Of a stretch of DNA of 64,000 nucleotides, positions 52,911-64,000 are shown piece after piece. The notes beneath the pieces are model-generated. The model made no database searches. It saw only the letters and a list, made by a program, of their open reading frames with translations, and was not told where the DNA came from. The stretch is from Octopus vulgaris (taxonomy: Eukaryota): the NCBI GenBank assembly GCA_951406725.2, contig OX597822.1:107136001-107200000 (forward strand), read 5' to 3'. The position numbers and the translations under genes are program-made. The first letter of the stretch is position 1. Each line of letters opens with the position of its first letter.

Positions 52911-54922
52911 ATGGCAACTAGAAACCATGTGGCTAGCCCGCCAGTCATGCAGAACGGTAGCGAAACACTATTGCTACCACTAGCTGCTAAACCTAGCAGC
53001 TTGAACACCGCTGTCACCACCAACACCACCACCAACAACAACAACAGCAAAACAAACGTCGCAAGACCATTCACCATCGCCGCGACCGAAGACATTAACT
53101 TAGATTTCCCCCCCACTCCCTACACCACTTGTCGATGATAAAAGGACGGAGAAAGGGATTTCAAAAACGAATACAGACGAAAACATGAATGCCAGCACCA
53201 CCAACATCACCACCAACAACAACAACAACGAAATGGGCACAAAGCCGCCTACGAAAGACAACACCGCCAACACCAACACCACTCATACGACTTCAACTGC
53301 TACAACTAACCATTCTGCCTCTAACACCGCCAACACCAACACCACTACCACGACTTCAACTGCTACAACTAACCCTTCTGCTGCTAACACCGCCAAATTT
53401 AAAACGAATTTCGCGGATGTGACAAAACAAAACGAACAATTGTAAAATTCACCACACAGGAAATAAACCGCACAAAAGCACTCTTCACCAAAGAAGGAGA
53501 CAAATTGCATCTTCACATTTCACAACACATCGTGGAAAACACACACAAAAAAACAATAATCTATAAAGTAATAAACAAGAAAACAAGACGACCAGAAAAT
53601 GCACCGCAGGAAAAAATGAAAAATGCCTTCGTCCTGCATGGGACTCCAAGAAATATATCAGTTGGGGAAATAAATTTGGTACAGTCCAAGTACATTTCCT
53701 CAACGAAAATTTAGCAAAACGTTTTTCCACATTGGAGCTGCATTCAGACGACTTGGTAATGATACCAATCCATTTAAACGAGAGAGTCACGAACATCCAA
53801 ATAAAAAATGTACCCCCTGAAGTCGAAACATAATGGTTAGTCTCTCCCATCTGCTTTGAAATGACTGAGACAATGTCAGAGACAAACATCCTTGAAATCG
53901 CTGTCCTAGGAGAGAAAGACTATGTGAGAAAATCAATCGAATTCCTTCTTCAATTGGATGAAGCAGCAAGAGAGAAGATACCCACCACTATAGAACTGCC
54001 AGGAGGCTACAAACTTTATGTAGTGGTAGAGGGCAGGCGACCACGCTGCTATTTGTGTGGAAGCGAAACACACTTGAAAAAGACGTGCCCAACCACTGCA
54101 CACCAACAGCAACAACAACAACCACTACCACAACCAAAGTACTCCGGAAAAAAAGCTCTACTACCCACACCAGCATCAACACAGAAGACGACAAGAGAAG
54201 CACACCAAGCTAATCCGTCATCAACCAAAAACCACTCAACACCTGAAAAATACCAACACCACCAACAACAGCAAAAACCCAAAGGAACAGAAAAACAAAG
54301 AAAACACACACAAACTGATCCCCCATCCCTTATACCGCACTCAACACACACAAACACTCAACAACCAACAACAACGAAAACAACAACACAACCACTTACA
54401 CAGACATACATAGAAGCCTACAACATACCCCTACCCCCTACTGATTCCTCAGAAATTTCGTCGGAAGACGAAACCAGTGAGGAATGGCAAATAGCTACAA
54501 AAAGAAGGAAAATAAAGAGCAGAAACACAACCAAACCAAATGCAAACACGAACAAAGCAGGGGGAAATACATCTCCCGAATACATTTCAAAACCCAACAC
54601 AAACAACAGCCACACCAACACCACAAAAATATATACAGCAAACATGCTCACAGCTATAGACAACAAAAACACAAATTTGATGGAATACATCCAATCAAAA
54701 ACAAACATAACAGAAGATGACATAAAAACAAACAATCACCCATACACAACACCACCAGACCACATCAAAATATTACACATCTCCAAAAGTCTGCACCACA
54801 CACTCAAAGGCATTTTCCCCAGTGCGGTTGGTAAATGCCAAAAATATCTCACAAAGAAACTGTACTGGGATCTCCTCGAGGACAAACCAAAGGAGGAGAA
54901 AGCAAAAACTTTCGAGCAGTAA
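52911..54922 (+). pseudogene. Tx1 ORF1 (gag-like), frameshifted; 353-aa C-terminal part open (53861-54922)
   Basis: KLYVVVEGRRPRCYLCGSETHLKKTCP (CX2CX4HX4C); EEWQIATKRRK; 60-bp internal tandem duplication ~53260-53396. Confidence 0.8.
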
Positions 54923-54966
54923 GTAACCCTCTGTTCCTTTCACTTGTATTCTAATTCATTAGGATT

Positions 54967-57900
54967 ATGATCAAGATTGGTTGTGTAAATGCGCGTGGCT
55001 TGGGGTCCCCTTGGAAACAAGGGTACCTCTTAAATGACATAAAGTCACATAAGCTAGAAATCATAGCCATAAGTGAGACCAGACTCCACAATCCGCGGGC
55101 CCTAAAGACCATGCTAGGCGGACAGTTCAACATTTATTTTCCCCCTGTCTGCCAAGAATGGGCGCTAGTGGCACCGCGGTACTCTTTCGCAAGAGTCTGG
55201 ATCTCAAAGTAAGGACAATATTCGTAGACCCAGAGGGTAGGCTGGTCGTCCTGGATGTCGACGGCACTACATAAAGCTTTTCAATTCGTATCAGTCTACG
55301 CACCGCTCTTAACAGGTCGGGCAGATTTCTTTCAACGCCTAGAAGTATTCTTGGGAACGTCTCGTCCTTTACTCTTAGTGGGGGATTGGAATGCTACCTT
55401 GGACACGCATGTAGACTACGTGGGTAGAGATAGGAATAGACGGGGATGCAAATGCCTCAAAGACCTGCTCAGACGCTTTCAACTGTCTGACAGGTTCCGA
55501 CTAGACCACCCGAATGCGCCAACGTGGACATGGAGCAACCGCATCGGGTCGTCGACATCGTATCTAGATAGGATACTGTGTAGGACAGTAGACAGGGATA
55601 GCATAGGATGTCCACAATTCCACATAGTCAGCTACACGGATCACAAACTTGTGACATGTACGCTAGACTTAGGTAAGACACTTAGGCAGGGTCCCGGATA
55701 CTGGAAACTAAATGCGTCTTTCCCATCGAGACAGGTTTTCAGAGACCGAATTAGCTCACTAGTAAAGAGGGCTTTGACGGGAGCCATCATCAACAACAAA
55801 TGGTGGTTTGCCCTCAAGAGAGCAGTAAAAGCAGAAGCGATTAGGTACAGCAAAGCACTAGCCATAGATAGAAGGATGTGCTGTCAGAGCTAGGATGCGT
55901 GCTCTAAGGAACGAAGGTGTTGGAGCCGCGGGAGAGGCCCGGGTGGCAGAGGCGCAACAGGGCAACAAAGCAACCGTTCGGTCCCTGGTAGATGAACAGG
56001 GGCGCGAATTGCTCGAGCCAAGTAAAATGTGTGAGGCCTTTCAACAGCATTTTGCCCGACTGTTCGGGACGAGTGGAGGGCAAGAACGTAGGGTGGACTT
56101 CAGTGCCTACCTACATAGCCTACCACAACTCTCGACGAGAGAGGCAGGGTGCTGCGAAGGTGCCATCACGGCGGCGGAAGTGCAGGACGCGATGGCAGAA
56201 TGCTCGAGGGACAAATCACCGGGTTTGGATGGTCTACCCTACGAGCTTTACAATTGTATGCCAGACTTGTTTGGAGATCTCTTGGCGGCGGTCTACTGCA
56301 ACTGGCAGCAAAACGGGAGCATTCGTGGTTTTGTGAGCCGAGGAGCCGTAACACTGCTGAAGAAAGATCTAAACAAGGGAAATGTAATAGATAACTTTAG
56401 GCCCATCACTCTGCTAGCCAAGAGGTTGGCGCTTGTCATCGAGCGCTAGCCAAGGTGCTAGCCAAGAGGTTGGCGCTTGTCATCGAGAAACTGGTCGACA
56501 AGGCGCAAACATGCACCGTGCCTGGCCGGACCATCCATGACAACCTCCACCTGATGCGCTACATCATAGACAGGGTAGTTAACGAACCTGGCATGGGTGG
56601 GGCGCTGATCAATTTGGATCAATCGAAAGCTTTCGATAGGGTGGACCATTGATACTTGGAGGCAGTCTTCAGAGCGGCTGGCTTCGGTCCCGTCTTCCGC
56701 GAGCCATTATTGCGGAAGCTGGCAACTTTCGACGGGCATCCCGCGAGAACTAGGATGCGGGACGAGCGTGTCTGCATACGCGGACGACGTCACCGTCATA
56801 GTGTCTAGCCACGAGCACATCGAGCAGGTCGGCGAGACACTGAAAAACTACGAAGCGGTGACAGGAGCAAAATCAACCGGGAAAAGTCAGTGGGCTTGCG
56901 ACTAGGCACCTGGAGAAGCAAGCCCATGCCGTCCACCAGCGCCTCCGTCGTGGGACGCTGGACCGACGGCCCGGTTGAGTTGCTCGGGGTCTGGTTTGGT
57001 CCGGACCTCCAAGTGGAGAAGAACTGGAACGAGATAACGAGTAGGGTGGTCACTCTCGCCCGGCAATGGGCCGAGAGGAAACTGTCCCTAAAAGGTCGGG
57101 CGGAGGTGGCGAACACGTACATCGCGTCCGTCATCTACTACCGCCTGACCGTCGTGCCTTGTCCCGACCCTACCATCACCAAACTAGAACGCATTCTCTT
57201 TCGCTTCTTGTGGAAAGGATGCGTCCTGATGGTCAGGCGATCCATTTGCTGTCAACACCCGTTAAAAAGAGGACTGGGCATGCCATGGTTGATGATGCGC
57301 AGACACGCGCTGAGACTGCGACATTTCAGGCTCTTCGTAGACGACGGTGAACAGGTGTGGTCGCCGTTTGTGAGGCACGCTTTCCCGCAGCTCGTCTCCA
57401 TGACCGAACTGCAGTCGTGGATCAAAAAGAGGCCGAGGAAGGGCGAAGGCGAGTGTCGCGTTGCTCTCAAGCAACTCTGCCGTCCTGGGTCGACCTTGAG
57501 TGATTTCATCACAACCAAAGCATTCTATAGGGGATTAGTGGAGGGGAGGTACGACGACGAGCTCGGGGCGAACCTGGACGTCGACGAGGAGTACCTGACC
57601 CGCCTGTTCGGGACGACTTTCGGGCCAGGGCCCATGGACAACATCCAGAGATCCTTGGCCTGGCAGTGCTACCGAGAAGCGCTACCCGTTCGGGATAAGC
57701 TCTACAGACACGGCTCGAGAAACACGGGGCCGACCTGCCCGAGATGCGGTCAGAGCGACGAAACCGTTCTGCACGCACTCGTGCAGTGTCCAACAATTTC
57801 CGACTTGTGGGCTTATGTCGAACAACTGCTGTCACGTGCGGGACGAGTCGGTTTATCAGCTGAGTCTATCGTCAATATTGTCACGCCTCCTTCCTTCAAA

Positions 57901-58147
57901 CGGGAAGGAAGAGCTATTTTCATCATCCTTGTGGCTATGGCGAAATAATGTATCTGGTGGACGCGTCTGAAAGGATTGGAGACAAACACTTTCCTCTCTG
58001 GTCAATCTCTCATCAACTTCTTCAAGTACTCTCAAAGTGAGAGTAGAGAGGCAATTTTTGTCTAGCGAATGTTTTAAAAAAAGATGGGTGAATGTAGCAA
58101 GGATGGCACGTATGAATGACGAAGCCACCTTGAGCATAATCCTATGA
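54967..58147 (+). pseudogene. Tx1 ORF2 (AP endonuclease-reverse transcriptase-CCHC), disrupted
   Basis: VNARGL, ISETR, SVYAP, VGDWNA, SYLDRI, TDHK, GYWKLN, KSPGLDG, NFRPITLL, DQSKAFDRVDH, SAYADDV, CPRCGQSDETVLHALVQCP; RT motif B region deleted near 56700. Confidence 0.92.
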
Positions 58148-59697
58148 ACCCAGAAATTGAAAACAGAGGGTTACCCACTTGCAAATAAATGTGGTAACAT
58201 ATAACAATATTGACCAAGGTTAACGTGGTCTTTTTCGTAGGCTTTTCTTCCCACGGATAAACCTTACTTGCTTTCCCTTTTACACCATATATCATAACAC
58301 TGTGATACACGATCCCTATTGATCGTTTTTTTCCTCTTCCCCTTTTTGCCCCTTTTTTCTTCTTTTTTCATTTCTCTTTCCTTTTGTTCCTTTTCCTTTT
58401 CTTTTTTTTTTTTTTTCTTTTTATTCTTTTTATTTTATTCAATTTTTTTTTGTTTTTGTTCTTTTCTTCCCTTTTACGATCCCTCTTGATCGAAAACCTA
58501 CGCCACCCCCTTTTTTTCTTTTGTTTTTTGTTCTCTTCATCCCCCAAAAGAAAAGCTCTACCGTGTAACTTGTCCCATCTGTGTGCAGCCCTGTGTGGCC
58601 AATAAAGAAACTTTCTATGTATGTATGTATGTATGTATCTATCTATCTATATCTATCTATATGTCTGTCTATTTGTCTATCTATCTATTTGTTTGTTAGC
58701 CTCTCTGTCTATCAGTCTGTCGGTCTGAATTCTCTCATAATGATGGGACTGGTGGCCATGATTGTATGTATTTTACACATTCCTTATTAAATATATTTCA
58801 CCAGGCATATTTAATTTTGAAATGTGTCTCATCATAATGAAACAGCCTGCAATACTATAAAATATTCACTCAGAATAAATGCAAATAATAGTTTGTGAGA
58901 TGGTATATTTTAGTTATCGTTAATATGACTATATACTTTTTCCTACTTTTGTTAAGACGACAGGTAAATAAAAATCTTTTTGATTTGCCGTGTTTTAGTA
59001 GAGAACAGGGTCACAGTTTGCTCGTGAAATACTGAGGAACTTTAGCTCATATTTCTTATAAGAATATATTTATAAGTAGTTACACATATAAATCTTAAGA
59101 TGGAAATAATCACTGGTGACGCTTTATGAAAAGACGGAGAAAGTAAGGAAATTTTAGGACATCTTTTGATAAAACACAAAACATTTCACCCATTTTAAGA
59201 TTACAGAAGTATAAAACTGTCGTTTTTAACTTTGTAGCAGTTAAATAAAACATTCTCAAACGTGAATATATTTCACTTGCCGGTTCTGAATTTATGGAGC
59301 TCCCAGCATCAATCTCGTCAACGTCAAGCTCTACCTCCTCCTCATCTTCAATTTTTGCAATCGATAGCTTCAGTTACGTTGTCGTCTATCTCGATTTACT
59401 CGTTGTCATCTTCAATTTCGTCATCGTTAACTTTAAAGATGCCTATAGGCTGGAGTAAAGCGATTTTGTACCGACATTGCTATCAGAGATTACTTCTTGC
59501 AGAATTGTAAGTGTATGTGAATATTAAAAGTTTTGTAAAGAAATAAGTTTTTATTTAAACATCTCGCATTTTACTTGGCCATAGATACTAGATATAAAAC
59601 TATACATTGTACTACACACACATACATACGCACCGAGGCAAATAGACACACAGTCACACACGTACACATATACACAGACGCACACATACATATACAA

Positions 59698-59753
<56 letters not shown>

Positions 59754-59756
<3 letters not shown>

Positions 59757-60152
59757 CACAGGAGTGTGGTAAGTAGCTTGTTTACCAACCACATGGTCCC
59801 GGGTTCAGTCTCACTGCGTGGCACCTTGGGCAAGTGTCTTCTACTATAGCCCCGGGCCGACCAAACCTTGTGAGTGGATTTGGTAGACGGAAACTGAAAG
59901 AAGCCCGTCGTATATATGTATATATATATATATATATATGCGTGTGTGTGTTTGGGTGTCTGTGTTTGTCCCCATAGCATTGCTTGAAAACCGATGCTGG
60001 TGTGTTTATGTCTCCGTTACTTAGCGGTTCGGCAAAAGAGACCGATAGAATAAGTACTGGGCTTACAAGAGACTAAGTTCCGGTGTCGAGTTGCTCGATT
60101 AAAGGCGGTGCTCCAGCATGGCCGCAGTCAAATGACTGAAACAAGTAAAAGA

Positions 60153-60153
<1 letters not shown>
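59754..60153 (+). mobile_element. SINE family C, full length
   Basis: Matches family C. Confidence 0.9.
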
Positions 60154-60187
<34 letters not shown>

Positions 60188-60458
60188 TTTGGTTCGGCAA
60201 AAAAATTTGCTTTGCCACATACCGAACGTTTAGAAATAGCAGCCAAAAAGCTTAGCTATTTCTTCCACGATAGGAAGAATTACGTAGTCATAGAGGGAAA
60301 AATAACGAAAGTTCATCCAGGATTTGATTACTCGTGAACGCGTTCCTGAGTTAGATAGATATGGAGATGCAAGAATTACATCTCCATTCTAACATTCTCT
60401 TCATCAGCACAAAGATTTCAATAATTTTAAATTAGAGAGCACTGAACAAATTGAACAT

Positions 60459-60624
60459 AGGCGCAGGAGTGGCTGTGTGGTAAGTAGCTTACTAACCAAC
60501 CACATGGTTCCGAGCTCAGTCCCACTGCGTGGCATCTTGGGCAAGTGTCTTCTGCTATAGCCCTGGGCCGACCAATGCCTTGTGAGTGGATTTGATAGAC
60601 GGAAAATTAAAGAAGCCTGTCGTA

Positions 60625-60707
<83 letters not shown>

Positions 60708-61146
60708 ACAATTGAGGGTAAAATTAATTAATTAATCAATTTCACCAAGTGTTCAGTATGTAAAAGGACCATTTAAGGCGAATTCAAAATATTACATTAT
60801 ATAATTAGGGCTTAGTAAAATAAATTACTTTGCCACATACTGAACTTAGTAGGAATAGCAGCCAAAAAAAAATTTTCTTAGCATTTCTACTACTTAAAGA
60901 AAATTTCTCATATATATATATGTGTGTGTGTGTGTTTTTGTGTCTGTGTTTGTCCCCCTAGCATTGCTTGACAACCGATGCTGGTGTGTTTACGTCCCCG
61001 TCACTTAGCGGTTCGGCAAAAGAGGCCGATAAAATAAGTACTGGGCTTACAAAGAATAAGTCCCGGGGTCGATTTGCTCGACTAAAGGCGGTGCTCCAAC
61101 ATGGCCGCAGTCAAAATGACTGAAACAAGTAAAAGAGTAAAAGAGT
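60459..61146 (+). mobile_element. SINE family C containing a 205-bp family H insertion (60706-60910) in its internal (TA)n
   Basis: 5' half 60459-60625, 3' half 60925-61146, unrelated AT-rich block between TA runs. Confidence 0.88.
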
Positions 61147-61344
61147 ATACCTATCTGATTGAAGTGACATCAGACAAACTATTTTCAACATCCAGTACCA
61201 GCGAATTCAAAACATACGAATGAGACTTCGTATTCTCCTTCGCCCACCCACGTAGGTTGTCGAGCAACAAATTTCTACAGAAAATCTGCAGATTATTATC
61301 AAGGAGAGAATTATATTAATTTTACCCTTTATTATTATTAATTA

Positions 61345-61741
61345 CTAGCAGTATCGCCCGGCTTTGCTCGGGTTTGTAAGGGAAATAACTATATAAGCAT
61401 TTTTAGAGAGTTATAGCCAAAAAATAGCAAAAAAATGCATTAAAAAGGGAAAAAAAAATGATGGTAATTTTTTTTGAAAATCGTTGACTCATCGTAGACA
61501 TTTTTAGAGAGTTACTTCCCTTATATAATAGCGAAAAAAATGCATTAAAATGGAAAAAAATTATGGTAAATTTTTTTTTAAATCGTAGACACATCGTAGA
61601 CGCGCGCTAATACCCAGAAGGGCTCGATATGAATCACGACTATAAGATACCCGGTTTTGGTTAAACTGCACCGCAAAATGTGGGAGTAGTTAAGAATCTA
61701 GATCGTAGGAGACAGACACACAACCTTACATTCATATATAA

Positions 61742-61744
<3 letters not shown>
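61345..61744 (-). mobile_element. Non-autonomous Helitron
   Basis: Minus strand starts A|TC and ends with hairpin CCCGAGCAAAGCCGGG then CTAG|T; internal ~105-bp tandem duplication. Confidence 0.85.
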
Positions 61745-61796
<52 letters not shown>

Positions 61797-62761
61797 AGTG
61801 TGTGTGTATCACTATACGACACGACAAAAACAATTTTAAATAACATCACTTCAACCTGTGCTTCATTATACTCATTTCCTAACTCAACATGTTCCTTAAA
61901 GAAATCCAGCACAATCACCTTATGCAATCCAGATTAATCTAGTTCGATTAATATGTTTACGTAAATCTATTCATCGATGACATTTCAGACGACGATGACG
62001 AAATCGAAATAGACAACAATGTAATTGAATTTAACGATAACATGAGACTGATATTGACGAATTGAAAGTTCAAGTTATCAAGGCTGGAGTTAATAATGTC
62101 GAATTCTAGGGGTGAATTATTTTATATGTCCCTCGATATATCAAGCTGTGTCTCTTCGACAATACCGGTTTCTCTATATGCAAATGCAAAGAAGATAACA
62201 AAGATTACGATAGGAAATCATATTAAAGAAACTGGATATCTGAAAATTCGTTTTCGGTTTGGAATATTTGTGTTCTATAATTAACGGGGAAGGGAAATGG
62301 AACAGGTGACATTCAGGCGTTTCCCAAGGATATATATTGTAGAAAGGAACTAATTTTGCATAAGCCAGTAAATATATTGAATATAACTGATTTTATATAA
62401 GCCAGTAATTCAAGCGGAATCGTATTTTGAAGTATGTCTCGGTACTGGCTTCTCATACGTTTGTCGTTTGAGATGTGCTATTATCATTTAAATCGTTTTG
62501 GAGTTAGTTTAGAGCAAATCAACTCATTAACATAATCATCAAGGATAATATATCTATTAGAAAAAAATTATGAACCAATAGAAATAATTATGAACCAATA
62601 GAAATAATAAATATTTGTGAATCCTCAGTAACCGCGGGCTTCGAGAAAACTGAAGTATAAAGGTAATGAAATTCCAATGGCAGTGGGTGATACCATAACT
62701 TCAGTGGCTCGTTGGGAAGCGCAGGAAGTTCGGCTTATATATGATGCTTCAGATGGTGAGT

Positions 62762-63070
62762 ATATAGGTACACTGCAAAATAATTTCTTTTCCTCAACAG
62801 GCCCTGCCCTGTTTAACATTGTCGCGAAAGAGATCAAGGAGGAAAAGTATCCCATCAACTTTAAACGGAGTCTGGACAGATTTCTTCAAAGAATACCGGA
62901 TAAGCCACCCTTACCTGGATACAACTCACTCAACAAAAATTCTCTACTTGAATGGACCATAAACAAAACTTGACTTAAACAGGATTTTGATAATACTATC
63001 AGGTTGTGCTATTAGGTTAGACATGGCCTGGACCAATCTTTGGTCGAAACATATCTAAATTTTAAATAAG
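62762..63070 (+). mobile_element. CR1/L2-group LINE 3' end (RT C-terminus plus 3' UTR hairpin)
   Basis: NNFFSSTGPALFNIVAKEIKE..FKRSLDRFLQRIPDKPPLPGYNSLNKNSLLEW; UTR CATGGCCTG-GACCA/ATCTT/TGGTC-GAAACA. Confidence 0.75.
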
Positions 63071-63837
63071 TTTTATACTATCGTAGCTTTCCATCGTGTT
63101 CACTGTCTCCAGTTAAACTCGGACTCAGTTCTTGTTCGCGAAACACTCATAAATGCCTCCGATACATTCACTATTCAAACCCTTATTAGAGTTAGGCAAA
63201 AACAGGCATAAAGCTTAAGTGTCTTTTTCAAGAGTCACGTTCAAAATAAGAGATGATACATGGACCTTTTAAGTTTCATGTAACTCTGTCGATATGGCCA
63301 TCGATATTTTTCGATTTTCTTTACTAAACGGAATGTCATACATTTTCAATTAAGAAGTGCTTACATTTATACCGTTCTATATCTGTGGTCTAACCCTCAG
63401 AAACTCAAGTGATATGAAAATGCTTTAGAGCAACATAGGACATCTGCATAGTTTTGATAGACATGTTTATTTTCAGGTGAAAGAGCAAGGAATAAATACA
63501 CGAGTCACTAGATCCGTAAACTGCAGAATGTAATTTCGTATGTCGATGTTGGCACTGCATAAGGCTGACTTGACATTTATGTTAAGCTTTCGAGTTAATA
63601 AATATATATGAAACATACATTTATGAGATACTAATACGGTTACCAGGTTTTTTGTGGTACTGGAATCTCTATATCTCGTATGAAATATTTGTCAAGCATT
63701 TAATTATGTTTGCCTTACATACGACTGTGAAACGATAGTAAACGGGTATATAATCTGTTATAATGAGCAGCTATTTAATATCAACAGTAATTATTGTGTA
63801 AGGGTTACTCTTTTTTTCGCTTTTACTATTTTACACC

Positions 63838-64000
63838 TTTCAGTCATTTGACTGCGACCATGCTGGAGCACCGCCTTTTAGTCGTGAAAGTCGACCCCGT
63901 GACTTATTCTTTGTAAGCCTAGTACTTATTCTATCGGTCTCTTTTGCCGAACCGCTAAGTTACAGGGACGTAAACACATCACCATCGGTTGTCAAGCGAT
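63838..64000 (-). mobile_element. SINE family C 3' part (cut by window edge)
   Basis: TTTCAGTCATTTGACTGCGACCATGCTGGAGCACCGCC..CCGAACCGCTAAG. Confidence 0.88.

Larger units (their letters stand above)
52689..58610 (+). mobile_element. Near full-length decayed Tx1/L1-clade non-LTR retrotransposon inserted in (CTAT)n
   Basis: ORF1 with zinc knuckle, ORF2 EN-RT-CCHC, T-rich 3' UTR, AATAAAGAAA end; (CTAT)n upstream and (TATG)/(TATC)n downstream. Confidence 0.92.

Noticed and set aside
60229-60245. TAGAAATAGCA (also GCTAGAAATAG at 38481) resembling the Cas9 sgRNA scaffold
   Set aside because: Match of about 11 nt inside an endogenous repeat; rest of the scaffold absent
62677-62973. 98-aa ORF as a stand-alone gene
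   Set aside because: Only the last ~65 aa are meaningful and belong to a 5'-truncated LINE; the start is fortuitous

Overview
AT-rich, microsatellite-laden eukaryotic DNA with no recognisable host protein-coding gene. The SINE repertoire points to an octopus/cephalopod genome (inference). Nearly all ORF-track entries are translations of (TA)n/(CA)n/(CTAT)n repeats. The window is a mosaic of tRNA-derived SINEs (three major families plus CORE-head hybrids), a Penelope-like element (PLE; RT + GIY-YIG) with an inverted architecture, a decayed mariner, a near full-length decayed Tx1-type LINE sitting in (CTAT)n, RTE/CR1/jockey-type LINE scraps, a non-autonomous Helitron and MITEs. The most notable signal is a dense set of about 15 type I hammerhead-ribozyme motifs (plus several half or decayed ones) in at least 8 unrelated short sequence families that mostly abut (TA)n tracts. 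Several are head-to-head palindromes carrying a hammerhead on each strand, one family has a G3:C8 swapped catalytic core, and another has a CCGUAGA core with covarying stem II. All structures were folded by eye; catalytic activity is untested.
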